A stretch of DNA of 64,000 bases from assembly GCA_036630325.1 (NCBI GenBank), contig CP142734.1:682001-746000 (forward strand), given 5' to 3'. The translations under genes were made by a program, and so were the position numbers. The DNA is from Vairimorpha necatrix (lineage: Eukaryota). The notes below the pieces were generated by a model. The model did no database searches, was not told the DNA's origin, and was given only the letters and a program-made list of their open reading frames with translations. Position 1 is the first letter of the stretch, and each line of letters starts with the position of its first letter. Of the stretch, positions 10,926 through 21,810 are shown one piece after another.

Positions 10926-12694
10926 GTTTTACAATTTTTAACTGTTTCTGAAATCTTTCGTTTAATGTCTTTTATGTTATAGACATTTCTGATGTTCTGA
11001 TACATTACGGTTACTCCGGGATGAACAGTAAATTCATGTATTATCTTCAGAAATTCCTTAACGTTGTTGTCTTGTATTATATATCGATTATTCTCGTCTT
11101 TTAATTGTTTTCCATTTTCTTGTACTACCAACTTTTTCCTTATATATTTTTTTAGATCTTCCATGTCCTCGAATTTATCTATCATATAACAACGTGATAG
11201 TTTATCGGCTATGTGATTAGATGTTCCTTCAATCGTGGTCAGTTCTACATCGTATTCGTTTAGAATTAATTTCCATCGTTCGGTTCTTTTTGAAATTTCC
11301 TTATTTTCAAATATGCAATTTCTACTATCAGTCTGTAACTCTATCTTGTATCCCTGTATTAATGTTCTGTAAAATTCCAATGTTTTAACGATGGCAAACA
11401 TTTCTTTCTCTACAATCGTATAATTAAGCTCAGACTGCGAAAATTTTCTGCTATAATAGCCTATTATGCCGCGTTCTTGGAATAAGACTGCTCCCATCCC
11501 GTTATTTGACGCGTCGCATTGTATTGAGAACTTTTTGCTAAAGTCGGGCAGTCTTAGCTGTGCTGTAGTTTTGATCTCTTCTTTTATCTCTTTTAACGCC
11601 AAGTTTTGGGCGTCTCCCCATTTCTCTTTGCAATTTTTTTTCAATAGGCGCGATATACAAGAGACTCGCCTACTTACATCTGGTAAGAAATTGCGATACC
11701 AGGTGATTATTCCCATTATCTTCTGTATATCCTTTTTCCTGTATGGGATTGACTCTTCGTTTAATAGCTTATCGATATTTTTAGTATCTATTCTGATCCT
11801 GTCGTTTTCAATCACGTTTCCAAGTATTTCTAGTCTCTTGGTCGCAAACATGCTTTTTTCAAAATTTATTTTAACTCTGTAGTCCATTAGTCGGGTTAAT
11901 ACCTCTAGTAATTTCTCATTATGTTCTTTAGGAGTTGACCCATATATCACTATGTCGTCTATATAAACGATTATATTTTCGATTCCGTGTAATATATAAT
12001 TAATCGTCTTTTGGAATAATTTGGGTCCTGATTTTATTCCAAATGGTATTCGTTTATATCTGTATTGTTCTCCAAAAATCGTAAAGCTTGTAATGTCTCT
12101 GCTACTCTCTTCAAGTTCTAGTTGGTTAAACCCGTTTTTTAAATCAATTTTGCTGTAATAAGTGTTTCCTCCAAGTTTATATAAACTTTCAAAAATTTTT
12201 GGTATTATACATATTTCATCTTTTATAAATTTGTTAACTGTACGATAATCAACTACTAACCTCAGTTCCTTATTTTTCTTTTCGATAAAAAATGAAGGGC
12301 TAGCATAATAGTTTCTACCTCGTTCAATGATATCGTTAGTCAGTAACCTTGATATTTCCTTTCTAGCATCAGCCTCGTACTTTACTGGTACGGTATAGTA
12401 TTTAAGTTCCAGTCTATGGTCTCTAATTTTTTCATCAATATAAAGGCTTGGCGGTTCTACCTTAATTTTATCATGTTCTTCATTCTTTTTTATATATTCG
12501 GTCAATCTACGTGGTATATTCGTTTCATTTAAAATTTTCGATTCTTTTATTAATAAAATTCTGTCATATAGTATAGCATCTATTTCATCTGTTTCTATCT
12601 CTTCTGCGCCGATCATTGGTAAAATAGCGTTGTTTACAATGATTCTTTTGTTTTTATAGTCAAGTAACCAGCCGTTGTTTAGTAAAAAAATCAC
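10859..12694 (-). CDS. pol: Pol: reverse transcriptase, RNase H, integrase zinc finger
   Basis: LRLVVDYR, KIDLKNGF, YIDD, CDAS, ADKLSR, H-H-CC. Confidence 0.92.
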   Translation of the reverse strand: MIFLLNNGWLLDYKNKRIIVNNAILPMIGAEEIETDEIDAILYDRILLIKESKILNETNIPRRLTEYIKKNEEHDKIKVEPPSLYIDEKIRDHRLELKYYTVPVKYEADARKEISRLLTNDIIERGRNYYASPSFFIEKKNKELRLVVDYRTVNKFIKDEICIIPKIFESLYKLGGNTYYSKIDLKNGFNQLELEESSRDITSFTIFGEQYRYKRIPFGIKSGPKLFQKTINYILHGIENIIVYIDDIVIYGSTPKEHNEKLLEVLTRLMDYRVKINFEKSMFATKRLEILGNVIENDRIRIDTKNIDKLLNEESIPYRKKDIQKIMGIITWYRNFLPDVSRRVSCISRLLKKNCKEKWGDAQNLALKEIKEEIKTTAQLRLPDFSKKFSIQCDASNNGMGAVLFQERGIIGYYSRKFSQSELNYTIVEKEMFAIVKTLEFYRTLIQGYKIELQTDSRNCIFENKEISKRTERWKLILNEYDVELTTIEGTSNHIADKLSRCYMIDKFEDMEDLKKYIRKKLVVQENGKQLKDENNRYIIQDNNVKEFLKIIHEFTVHPGVTVMYQNIRNVYNIKDIKRKISETVKNCKTCIICKRMKTRKRRSIKLSQIS

Positions 12695-13937
12695 TTCCTA
12701 AGATCATTTTTTCTGGCAAATTCTTGAGAATATGTACATCTTCATAAGTCACTTTATTTAGTCCCGCAAGTCTTATTTCCACTCTGGCCTTTTTATTAGT
12801 CTTTCCTTTTGCTCCGTTCCCAAATATAAGTGATATTTCGTCAGTTTCTTGTGTCTTTATTTTTAACTTATCAGCTATTTCGGCACTCATAAAGCTCTTA
12901 TTCGCTCCGCTATCGATCATTATGTCAATTGGAGTTTCGTTGATGGATCCCCTTAATTGAGTCTTCTCAAAATTCTGAACGTTTTCCTTTATAAAGTACA
13001 CGTTTCTATTGTCTTTATTATCGTTATTTCTTTTGTAAAAATCTTTATCATATTTAGTGCATTCCTCAGTGGTGTGGTTAGAATATTTATGCAACTTGCA
13101 GTATTTGTCTTTTTTAAATTCTGAATGGTTATTATGCATTGGTCTATTATCATTACTATTGATGCTGCGAAATTCTCTAATCTCTTTAGCTCTTATCGAA
13201 ATTTTTATTTCTAAGCCCTTTAAAAATTCAAATGAAGCTTGGTAACTACCGAAGCCATATTCCAGTACTCTTCCGTACGTGAACTTCCCCAAGCCGGCAT
13301 GGAAAGCTTCCTCAAATAGTCTGTCAACCTCTTCATCCATTAGTTTTTCCATTGTCCTTACGATAGTTAGATTTTGTTTAATCGCGTCATAGTATTCTTG
13401 AATTTTCGTATAGTTTGTCTGGTGTATATTTAACAATTTTCTTCTGTAGTATCTTCGTTCCTCTAAAGGAAATTTTACCGAAATTAAATATTTCTTAATC
13501 TCATTCCATGTTTCATATTTATTGTAGTCCATAAGTTTATCGTCTTTTATCAGTTGTCTTAATATTGCTAACTGTATTCTTTTATCCCATTTGTTAACTT
13601 CTATTAATGTTTCAATTTCTTGGCACCATTTTAAGATGTCCAAACTGTCGATGTCTTCTATAATTTTTATTTCTTGGCTAAGTTTGTCTTCTAGTCCTTC
13701 TATCTTCATTGAGAAGGTTAGTGATTTAGTGTTAAATTGCTGTTCTTTTTTCTTCGTATCGTATTCTTTTGGGTTCTCGTCTTTTGAGCTCAAATTGATG
13801 TATCCCACTCTGAAATACGTCTCCAAAATACTTTTAGTAAAATTCAGTTTATTATTAATATTTTTATTGTTTAATCCAGGTCTGTCCCCGGTCGTTGTTC
13901 GGTCTGCTTCCTTAATTCTTTGTTGGTTGTTTTTCAT
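12660..13937 (-). CDS. gag: Gag + aspartic protease
   Basis: CKLHKYSNHTTEEC knuckle, IDSGA protease motif, ILGSDF; starts within the 5' LTR. Confidence 0.9.
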   Translation of the reverse strand: MKNNQQRIKEADRTTTGDRPGLNNKNINNKLNFTKSILETYFRVGYINLSSKDENPKEYDTKKKEQQFNTKSLTFSMKIEGLEDKLSQEIKIIEDIDSLDILKWCQEIETLIEVNKWDKRIQLAILRQLIKDDKLMDYNKYETWNEIKKYLISVKFPLEERRYYRRKLLNIHQTNYTKIQEYYDAIKQNLTIVRTMEKLMDEEVDRLFEEAFHAGLGKFTYGRVLEYGFGSYQASFEFLKGLEIKISIRAKEIREFRSINSNDNRPMHNNHSEFKKDKYCKLHKYSNHTTEECTKYDKDFYKRNNDNKDNRNVYFIKENVQNFEKTQLRGSINETPIDIMIDSGANKSFMSAEIADKLKIKTQETDEISLIFGNGAKGKTNKKARVEIRLAGLNKVTYEDVHILKNLPEKMILGSDFFTKQRLVT

Positions 13938-15178
13938 CTTGTATTGTGGGTCAGGGCCAATTTTTATTTATAGCTTTAATTGTTTATTTGGTAAACAAAC
14001 AAAACAAAACAAAACAAAACAAAATTAATAAATGTGTGGATCTTTAAGCAAGGATACCACAAAGAGCTACTCTTGTTAAATTAATCACAAGAAAAATTGC
14101 TCCGGGGACCACAATTGTGACAGATTGTTGGCGCGGCTATAGTGATATTCAAACAATCTGTGTAGAATATGAGTATCTACATTTGACTGTGAATCACAGC
14201 CAAAATTTTGTTGATAATATAACTGGTGCGCATACTCAGACTATAGAGGGAATGTGGTCGGTTCTTAAAAGAGAACTAAGAAAAAGCGGAACTAGTCATG
14301 GTACTATTATGAATCTTATAAGAAAGATTTACTATAATAGATTAAAATTAATATATCGTGAAAATCTATTAGATAAAATGTTAGAATTTTTTGAAATAGG
14401 TAATTTTAGTATTTTAGCATATAAAAGTATTCCTAAAATAGATTTTACAATTGTGGCATAATTTTTTTTTTAGGGGTGGGGGGTGTAGGTCAAGGACTTC
14501 ACCGATTTAATATAGAAATTTCAAAATAAAACTTGTGATATATGTTATGGTAGAATGAGGACAGAAAGAAAAGACAGTAGTATCTTAAAGTGTACTTGGG
14601 AAGATTGTAAAAAGTCAATTTCAATTTGGCATGATACGTTCAATGATAATTGTAAACTCAATCATATAACATGTTTACAGATACTTAACATGTGGGTTAT
14701 CGGTTATTCTCGGAAGCATATTTGTCAAATTTTAGGTTGTACGAAAAAATCAATATCTTCATTATTGAAAAAACTTAAGGAAATATGCATTTACGATAAA
14801 TATTTATCTACTCTGAACATGCTTGGTGAAGAAGGGATAATAGTTGAGATCGACGAATCAAAAATTGGAAAAAATAAATACAATAGAGGTAAATTAGTGA
14901 AAGGCTTCTGGTGTTTTGGCATGGTCGAACGAACCATAGAACGTAGAATCATAATGCTTCATATTAAAAAAAGGGATAAAGAAACACTTACTGATCTTTT
15001 GGTGAAATATGTAAGTAGAGATAGCATTGTATATAGCGATATGTGGAGAGCCTACAATTCTTTGGGGTACTACATTTAGCTAACATAATAAAATTAATCA
15101 TTCATTGTATTACAGGGACCCAAATACGGGAGTTCATACCAATACCATAGAAGGTAATTGGCGTTCCCTTGAAAATTC

Positions 15179-16389
15179 GGCGCTACTTCATTTTCTTGCC
15201 CCCCCTAAAAAAAACATACATAAAAAAATACAAAATCGTGTTATTTTTCAAATCTAAACATTTTTTTTTTGAGGGGGGCAAGAAAATGAAGTTAAGGTAT
15301 TTTTTGTCGATTTGAGAATTTTTAAATGCCTCCTTCAGATTCCTCATTAAGGGGTTAAAAAATTTTAATTTTTTAATCCTTAATAAGAAATTTAAAGGAA
15401 GCTATTCGGGAGCTAAATATCTGCGAAGATGCGTGCTTTAGGCACAATGAAGCAGTAATTGATTTTTTTAGATAATAGTCTTCTAAAAAGATCGATTGCT
15501 TGCAGACATTGTTCGACATCAGAACGAACTGTTCTTATGAACATTAATGGATGTTCCGGCTAAATTGACGGTAAAGCTTATCGTTGTGTTAATAAAAAGT
15601 GTAGTTCGAAGAGCTCACTTAAAAATGGTACGATTTTAAAGGGATAAGCGTTCAATTTCACAAAATTCTTAGAGCATTCTATGGCTGGGTATTAAATTAT
15701 ACTACTTACCAAGCAATATATCTTTGCAAAATATGTGAAAATTCATATATTAAAATCAAGAATACAGTGATGGAAGTCATTGCTTCTAAAAGCGATGATA
15801 GCTACCAAATATGAGGAACTTCTGTTTGTGTACAATTTGATTAAACCGCCATATGCAACGGGGAAATTGTATCCAATCCTCCTTCAACTTTGGATTCCAT
15901 GTCTGGAATTCAATGGATTATAGGCGGCATAGTAGAAGGTAACTGTAGAGAATTTGTTCTTGAATTGCTACCGAATCGACAATCTGGTACTATTGAAGAG
16001 TTTTTTAGACACAGAGTAAAACGTGGTTCTATTATAATTTCTGATGGATACCCTTTATGCCCCCAGCCTTTAGAAATTTTGGGAGTGAACATTACAAAGT
16101 AAATCAATCGCTTGGGTTTATAAATGCGGAAGGAGACCACACAAATAATATAGAAAATTTGTGGTCCCATTTGAAGAATGAATATAGATCGAGAATGGGG
16201 CTTAAAAGGCATAGGATAAATTTATTTCTAAAAGAATTCGCTTGGAAAAAAAATATCAATTATTTTAATAATGATGATCATAGTTGTGCTTATATAAAAA
16301 TTTTAAAACTTTGTAGGTTGGAATAAATAAAATTTCTTCTAAATAATTTTTTTTCTAGGGGGGGGGGGGCAAGAAAATGAAGTAGCGCC
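15179..16389 (+). mobile_element. Merlin transposon (decayed transposase) nested in 9054-16626
   Basis: TIR GGCGCTACTTCATTTTCTTGCCCCCCC, TSD GAAAATTC, SDGYP / HTNNIENLW motifs. Confidence 0.92.
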
Positions 16390-16626
16390 GAAAATTCTAT
16401 ACCTATAATAGAAATAGATCAGTTAATAGTGCAAAACTTTGTTTATTTAGGTATGTGCTCTAGAAAATAATTCTAATTCTGTTTTTGATGCATTATTAAA
16501 TTTATTGTTCTAATTTTAAATTTTGTTCCTTCCTCCACATTTTCTCTCCTACATTTTTTTAAAAAAAGGGCCAAAAAACACAAATAACCCTATATCGAAT
16601 TTTGCGTGCTAAAGTGGACTTCAGCC

Positions 16627-16998
16627 CCTGTTTCTATTATGATCTCTAATCAATGGGCAGCATATGAGGCCACATTAGACATGCAAAGAGATGGAGCACA
16701 GTACTACGAATCATCTCATCAATACTGTAACATTAAGCGATTCTGAGACACAATACCAAATAATTTAGTTAGTTTTGGCTCATTTCTAAAAGAATATTCG
16801 ATTTATACACGGAATAAACCAGGGAGAACACTATTAGCACCTTTTAAAGTTCCTCCGGGCGTTCCAAATTCCTAAAAATCACTGATAAATCGTCTTCTTT
16901 CATTATTTAAAATTAATAGTTAAGTCTCTTTTTTATAATTTTTTTTATTTTTCCCTTTTTTTGAATTTTCCAAAGCGGGTACCGCCGGTCATGTACCC
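16627..16998 (+). mobile_element. Degenerate Merlin 3' relic
   Basis: SNQWAAY- and TNH-like motifs; GC-rich putative end ...CATGTACCC. Confidence 0.4.
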
Positions 16999-17444
16999 AC
17001 AAAGTGCATTAAAAGCAAGTGTTAAGAGTATTAGATGAGGTTGGTTTAAATTTAAATGCGTCAAAATGTGAATAAAGAAAAGAAGAGCTAAGGATTTTGA
17101 GAGTAACAGTTGGGAATAATGATATTAGAATTAATGACGATAGGATTAAGCAAAATGTAGATATGCCTGTGCCCACGTCAATGAAAGATTTGGAATCGTT
17201 TTTGGGATTGATTAATTATTACAGTCGATTTTTGAAAAATGTATTTGAGCATAAAGAATATTTATATGTGTTATAGCCTGATGCTATGTCAAGAATTCTT
17301 GATATTTAATTTTTATCAAAAATTTCATTAATCATATTTTGTGTTTATTTTCCATAATGAGGGGTAAAAATAATAAGGATATATAACATCCCCCCTCCAA
17401 GACGGTAGTCTCATACTAGAACTCATTAATCCCAAGCAGATCTT

Positions 17445-18977
17445 TTAAATCATAATGCCGCTTTTCACGATCCTACCATTTTCCAAACTAACTAAGTACG
17501 AGTCACCTCCGCAAATTTCCTTGATAACACCATATCCTAAAAACCTTCCTTTCTCATACTTACTACAACCCGATAAGTTCTCTTTCTTCGCTACCCTAAC
17601 TCTCTGACCTTTATAGAATTTCTCTCTTTTGCGAGCCACAAACCTCCTACTATAAAATCCTTCAGGTCCATTCTCGATCATAACATGGCCCGTTTCGTCT
17701 CTTGAGGCCTCAAACGGTGTACATCTCAACCCTTCATGATAGCTGTTATTATAACGCCATATACATCTATTAACCTTGGCTTCAAAATCCACAGCATCAT
17801 CTTTCAATATTCCTTCTCTTATGGTTCCTATTACCCTTTCCACTCTTCCATTACTTCTATGACTTTCTACGCTTACTTTCCTATGTAATACATTTTCCTC
17901 TGAACACCAATTCCTCATATATTCATTACTAAATTCTTTACCGTTGTCAGTAATTATTTCTACCGGGTTCATTCCTGATCCACACAACTGTTTTAAAAAT
18001 CCTACAACCGAGCTTCCGCGTTTGTCCTCTATTACTTTTCCCCAAACGATCCTAGTATAATAATCAATCACGACCAACACATATTTCCCTAAATCTCTAA
18101 ACTCAATCAAATCCAAAGCAACCTTTTCAAAATAAAATCTTGAACTAACAAAATTACAACCACCACTCTTTTTCCTATTATGTATTTGGCAAACTTCACA
18201 CTTCTTTAAAACATCCTCGATATCCTTCTTCATACCCGGCAAATAAAATTCAAACTTCATTGCATAGTACACTGGTCCTAAACTTCTATGTCCCAAATTT
18301 TCATGAGCATTGACAATTAAACCTTCACGCAATTCTTTCTTTGGAATCTCCGCTTCTCTACCAGAGTCAAATACCCAAATTTCCTTTCCATCAACAACTT
18401 TAACATGCTTGTCCCATTTACCCTGTGCCTGTTTAATACTTCTCTCCTTATTCATTAGCGTTTTCTCATTTTCATGTACCCTACTCAGTGCATCTGCTAC
18501 AACCATGGTACTAGGCTCTCTATATTCAATACTAAAGTCGAACTCTTGAATCTTTTCAATCCACCTGTTAATTCTATTATTGTTAAATGCTGGTTTATTT
18601 CTAATCTCGATCAATGCCTTATGATCAGTTTCTACCCTAAATCTTCTTCCGCGTAGTTCATATTCAAACTTTTTAATTCCCCAAAAGACTGCATACATCT
18701 CCTTCTCACTGATTCCATATCTCTTTTCCGTAGGCGTAAACTTTTTTGATGCCCACTGTACTGGTACCCAATTACCTTGATCATCTTCCTGCATTAAAAC
18801 AGCACCCATTCCAACATTACTCGCATCCGTGCGTAACAAAAATTCCTTATTATAATTAACAATTGCTAAACCTTTTAAATCCCTAATCACTTCCCTTAAA
18901 CTAATATATTCTTTTTCCATTTCTTCTGTCCATTTCCAATTACTTCCTCGTCCTTTAAGAGAATCCGTCAACGCCAA
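17445..18977 (-). CDS. pol: RNase H + integrase
   Basis: TDAS, TDHKAL, ADALSR, HHCC, TDNGKEF, SNGRVER. Confidence 0.92.
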   Translation of the reverse strand: MALTDSLKGRGSNWKWTEEMEKEYISLREVIRDLKGLAIVNYNKEFLLRTDASNVGMGAVLMQEDDQGNWVPVQWASKKFTPTEKRYGISEKEMYAVFWGIKKFEYELRGRRFRVETDHKALIEIRNKPAFNNNRINRWIEKIQEFDFSIEYREPSTMVVADALSRVHENEKTLMNKERSIKQAQGKWDKHVKVVDGKEIWVFDSGREAEIPKKELREGLIVNAHENLGHRSLGPVYYAMKFEFYLPGMKKDIEDVLKKCEVCQIHNRKKSGGCNFVSSRFYFEKVALDLIEFRDLGKYVLVVIDYYTRIVWGKVIEDKRGSSVVGFLKQLCGSGMNPVEIITDNGKEFSNEYMRNWCSEENVLHRKVSVESHRSNGRVERVIGTIREGILKDDAVDFEAKVNRCIWRYNNSYHEGLRCTPFEASRDETGHVMIENGPEGFYSRRFVARKREKFYKGQRVRVAKKENLSGCSKYEKGRFLGYGVIKEICGGDSYLVSLENGRIVKSGIMI

Positions 18978-19070
18978 TGTACGTTTTGCATAATTATCAA
19001 TATGATTTCTAAACCATCCAGCCAGCCCAAGAAACTTCCTAACATCTGATACACACTCCGGTTTGGGAAA

Positions 19071-19508
19071 TTATAACGCTTCATTTTGCTTTATTTCAGA
19101 TGGCAGTATCTCCTTGCCATTAACTGTTACTCCTAACAACATCACCTCTCGTTTACATAATTGAACCTTAGCCAAATTAATTTTCATATTATTCTCCTCT
19201 AATATATCCACAGCCTCTTTCGACAATTTGTCGTGACCCTCTCTTGTCTTACTATGAATCACAATATCGTCCATATAAATTTCGATTCCCTTACCAATAA
19301 ATTTTTCAAAAATCCCATTCATTATTCTTTGTAATATCTGCGGAGAGTTTTTAAACCCCATGACCATCGAATTCCACTCGTATACCTTTTTATTAAACTC
19401 AAAAGCCGTCTTAAACCTTTCCTTCTCTTCAATCTCAATACTATAAAACCCCTCCTTTAGATCTATCACGGTAAAAAAATTCAGATCCCTGTGTACTTCT
19501 AATAACAT
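19071..19508 (-). CDS. pol: Reverse transcriptase core (frameshifted piece)
   Basis: IDLKEGF, MGFKNSP, YMDD. Confidence 0.88.
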   Translation of the reverse strand: MLLEVHRDLNFFTVIDLKEGFYSIEIEEKERFKTAFEFNKKVYEWNSMVMGFKNSPQILQRIMNGIFEKFIGKGIEIYMDDIVIHSKTREGHDKLSKEAVDILEENNMKINLAKVQLCKREVMLLGVTVNGKEILPSEIKQNEAL

Positions 19509-20490
19509 CTCTTATCCTAGTTAACTCATAAGGGTCCTTCTCTACAATGTCATTAAGAGCAATTAAATTACTTACTAATCTTATATCACCATTCGGTTTC
19601 TCAATCGCTCTAATGGGATTTCTCCAGTCAGATGTCGACCTTCTAATTATCTTTCTTCTTTCCAAACTATTAATATAATCTTCCGTCTTCTTCAACAAAG
19701 CCTGAGCTATAGCCTGCCCTTTTTTAACAACTTTCTTGCCTTCTTGAGTCTTGATAATATATTTTTCAACCTTACAAAAACTAATATCTTCATCCTCTCT
19801 TCCTCCTACCCGTGAAATAATCTCCTCTAAATACGCGATGCCTCTTACATCCCTTCTCAACAGAACTCTCTTATTATTGTCCCTTTTGCTATAATCTTGT
19901 ATATCCCCTAAATTTTTCTTCTTACGTTTTCCACCATCAACATTATAATAATCACATTTGTCCGAATTGGAATCGTCATCACATTTACCCTCTAAGTCTA
20001 ATTGCACTTTACATTTACCAACATAATTAAAACTACTTTTATTTCTTCTGTCTTCAGAATCTTGCCTCATTCCCCTACAAAATCTAACACTATGGCCTAA
20101 CTTCCCACAATTGTAGCAACGCATATTCTTTTTATTTTCCCCACGAGACAACTTATTCTTCTCCTCAAATTTAGCCCATAACGCTAGGGACAACTCTTCA
20201 AATTCTTTTTTTCTCACTTGTTCCTTTTCCTCCTGAATAGCTAGCAACTCTAATTTTTCCTCAATTTCCTTCCAACTACCCTCTTGCGAGATCCTCTCAA
20301 CAATAAAATTTCTCAATAAAATAGAACCTCTCCTAAAAATTTCTAACTTAAATCCACACTCATCAATTTTCTCTAAAAACAACTCATAAACAATCCTTTT
20401 AACCTCTTTTAATAATATTCTAGCCTCTTGGCCACGGTCCTCCTTTGTAGACCCATTTTCTGGTATCGCCCCCATGTGTTTATTTTCCAT
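19441..20490 (-). CDS. gag: Short Gag (CCHC) fused directly to RT N-terminus
   Basis: CYNCGKLGHSVRFC then WRNPIRAIEKPNGDIRLVSNL; ATG inside LTR. Confidence 0.85.
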   Translation of the reverse strand: MENKHMGAIPENGSTKEDRGQEARILLKEVKRIVYELFLEKIDECGFKLEIFRRGSILLRNFIVERISQEGSWKEIEEKLELLAIQEEKEQVRKKEFEELSLALWAKFEEKNKLSRGENKKNMRCYNCGKLGHSVRFCRGMRQDSEDRRNKSSFNYVGKCKVQLDLEGKCDDDSNSDKCDYYNVDGGKRKKKNLGDIQDYSKRDNNKRVLLRRDVRGIAYLEEIISRVGGREDEDISFCKVEKYIIKTQEGKKVVKKGQAIAQALLKKTEDYINSLERRKIIRRSTSDWRNPIRAIEKPNGDIRLVSNLIALNDIVEKDPYELTRIRDVIRSTQGSEFFYRDRSKGGVL

Positions 20491-20712
20491 AATGAGGGGT
20501 AAAAATAATAAGGATATATAACATATTTTACAAAAAATATTTAAATAAAAGTTTTAAAAGAAGGATAAGATAAAATGAGAAGAGAAACATTTGATCAAGA
20601 GAGGGCCATACTAGGACAAGGGCCAAGGTACAATGAATATAACAATATTAAAAATAAAAGCATTATAAGTATAATTGAAATCTGTTTTAAAGACGGGTGT
20701 TTTCCCCGTGGG

Positions 20713-21810
20713 GGCGCTAGGGCCTATTCCCGTGTAATGAACGTAAAAAAACGGCATTTCCCGGAAATAGGCCCTAAACTGCGAAATTTTTACAACCCCC
20801 AAAAATGAATAATTTTGAAGAAGAACCAAAAAATTCGAGATCTGACATTTTTTCTTCAAATAAAGCTGCCATGGCCTTTATTCAAAGGCATGACTTACTT
20901 GAAGAATTTAAAACATGCTCGAAATGTTATGAGAGCATGGTTTTGGAACATGATATTTCTTATTCGAACGGTTTTCGATTCAGATGTACTAACTTATTTT
21001 GTAGAAAATCCAAATCAGTTTTTGAGGTGCTAAAAATTTCAAGTCCAAAGATAGACACAACCGAATACTTATTCATAATATATTCATGGCTCAAAAAAAA
21101 TTATGAATATAATATTAATAAAAAAAACTTCGGTTTTTAAATACTATAAAAAGAATTAAAAGGAATATTATAGAAGTATTAACTGAAGATAATAAGAATA
21201 CATGGGAGAAATTGAGGCCAGAGCACCCAATACAAGTGGATGAGAGTGTTATAATAAAAGGAAAACTTATTAAGTCAACATCTGAAATGTATGATTCAAT
21301 TAGTAAAGCTACTTTGATAATTGGCGCAGTAGAAAAAAAAAACTAGAAACTAGTTCTTAAAGTTTTACCAAACAGACAAAAAGAAACTTTCTTCGACCTT
21401 TTCTCTGAAAATATTAGTCCTATGTCTGTAATAAAAACAGATGGGCGTAGATCCTACCCATACGCTGTTGCTGGGATTGGTGGAGTACATAAAATCGTGA
21501 ACTATGTGGAAGGATTCACCAATTCTGATGGAGACCACACTAATTTAATAGAATGTGAGTGGTCTCATTTCAAATCGGACATCAAAACGAGGAAAGGAAT
21601 ACCAGGTTATTCAATGCCAGGGTATATAGAAGAATATGTTTGGAGGAGAAGAAATTTAGTTACCCATGATTCCAAAGCCTATAAAGACGCCTTTTTAACT
21701 CTCTTAAAACTTTTAATTTGAAATATATAATTGAGTTTTTTTTCTTTAATTTTTTGTTAAAGGGTCCCCCCTTTAAACAAAAAAATTACCCGGGAATAGG
21801 CCCTAGAACC
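20713..21810 (+). mobile_element. Merlin transposon
   Basis: TIR GG..CTAGGGCCTATTCCCG, TSD CCCGTGGG, transposase pieces 20805-21140 and 21422-21721 (TDG, HTNLIECEW). Confidence 0.9.

Larger units (their letters stand above)
9812..14061 (-). mobile_element. Full-length young Ty3/gypsy retrotransposon
   Basis: Apparently identical 266-bp LTRs 9812-10077 and 13796-14061, TSD AAGAG, PPT GGAGAGGGCAGG, domain order gag-PR-RT-RH-IN. Confidence 0.97.
9182..14503 (+). mobile_element. Merlin transposon nested in Merlin, itself interrupted by a gypsy element
   Basis: 8-bp TSD GATTTAAT, imperfect TIRs ...GAC(T/C)TAC...CCCACCCCTAAAA; transposase halves 9330-9788 (IEIDET) and 14117-14461 (TDCWRGY, HTQTIEG). 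Confidence 0.9.
9054..16626 (+). mobile_element. Merlin transposon containing nested insertions
   Basis: TIR GGCT(A/G)AAGTCCACTTTAGCACGCAAAAT at both ends; transposase ATG 9126, resumes 14512-15178 and 16390-; no matching TSD. Confidence 0.85.
17340..20523 (-). mobile_element. Compact gypsy element (3184 bp) with 49-bp LTRs
   Basis: Identical 49-bp TG..CA direct repeats 17340-17388 and 20475-20523, TSD TATTT, PBS TGGGGGC, PPT GGAGGGGGGA, gag-RT-RH-IN. Confidence 0.95.

Noticed and set aside
12660-12700. Programmed ribosomal frameshift between gag-PR and pol
   Set aside because: Falls in a T7 run inside the protease domain. Similar homopolymer shifts occur throughout the window, so mutation or sequencing error is more likely.
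11466-14028. Plus-strand ORFs 11466-11882, 13057-13245, 13591-14028 and similar antisense ORFs elsewhere
   Set aside because: Shadow ORFs opposite real TE genes, with no motifs
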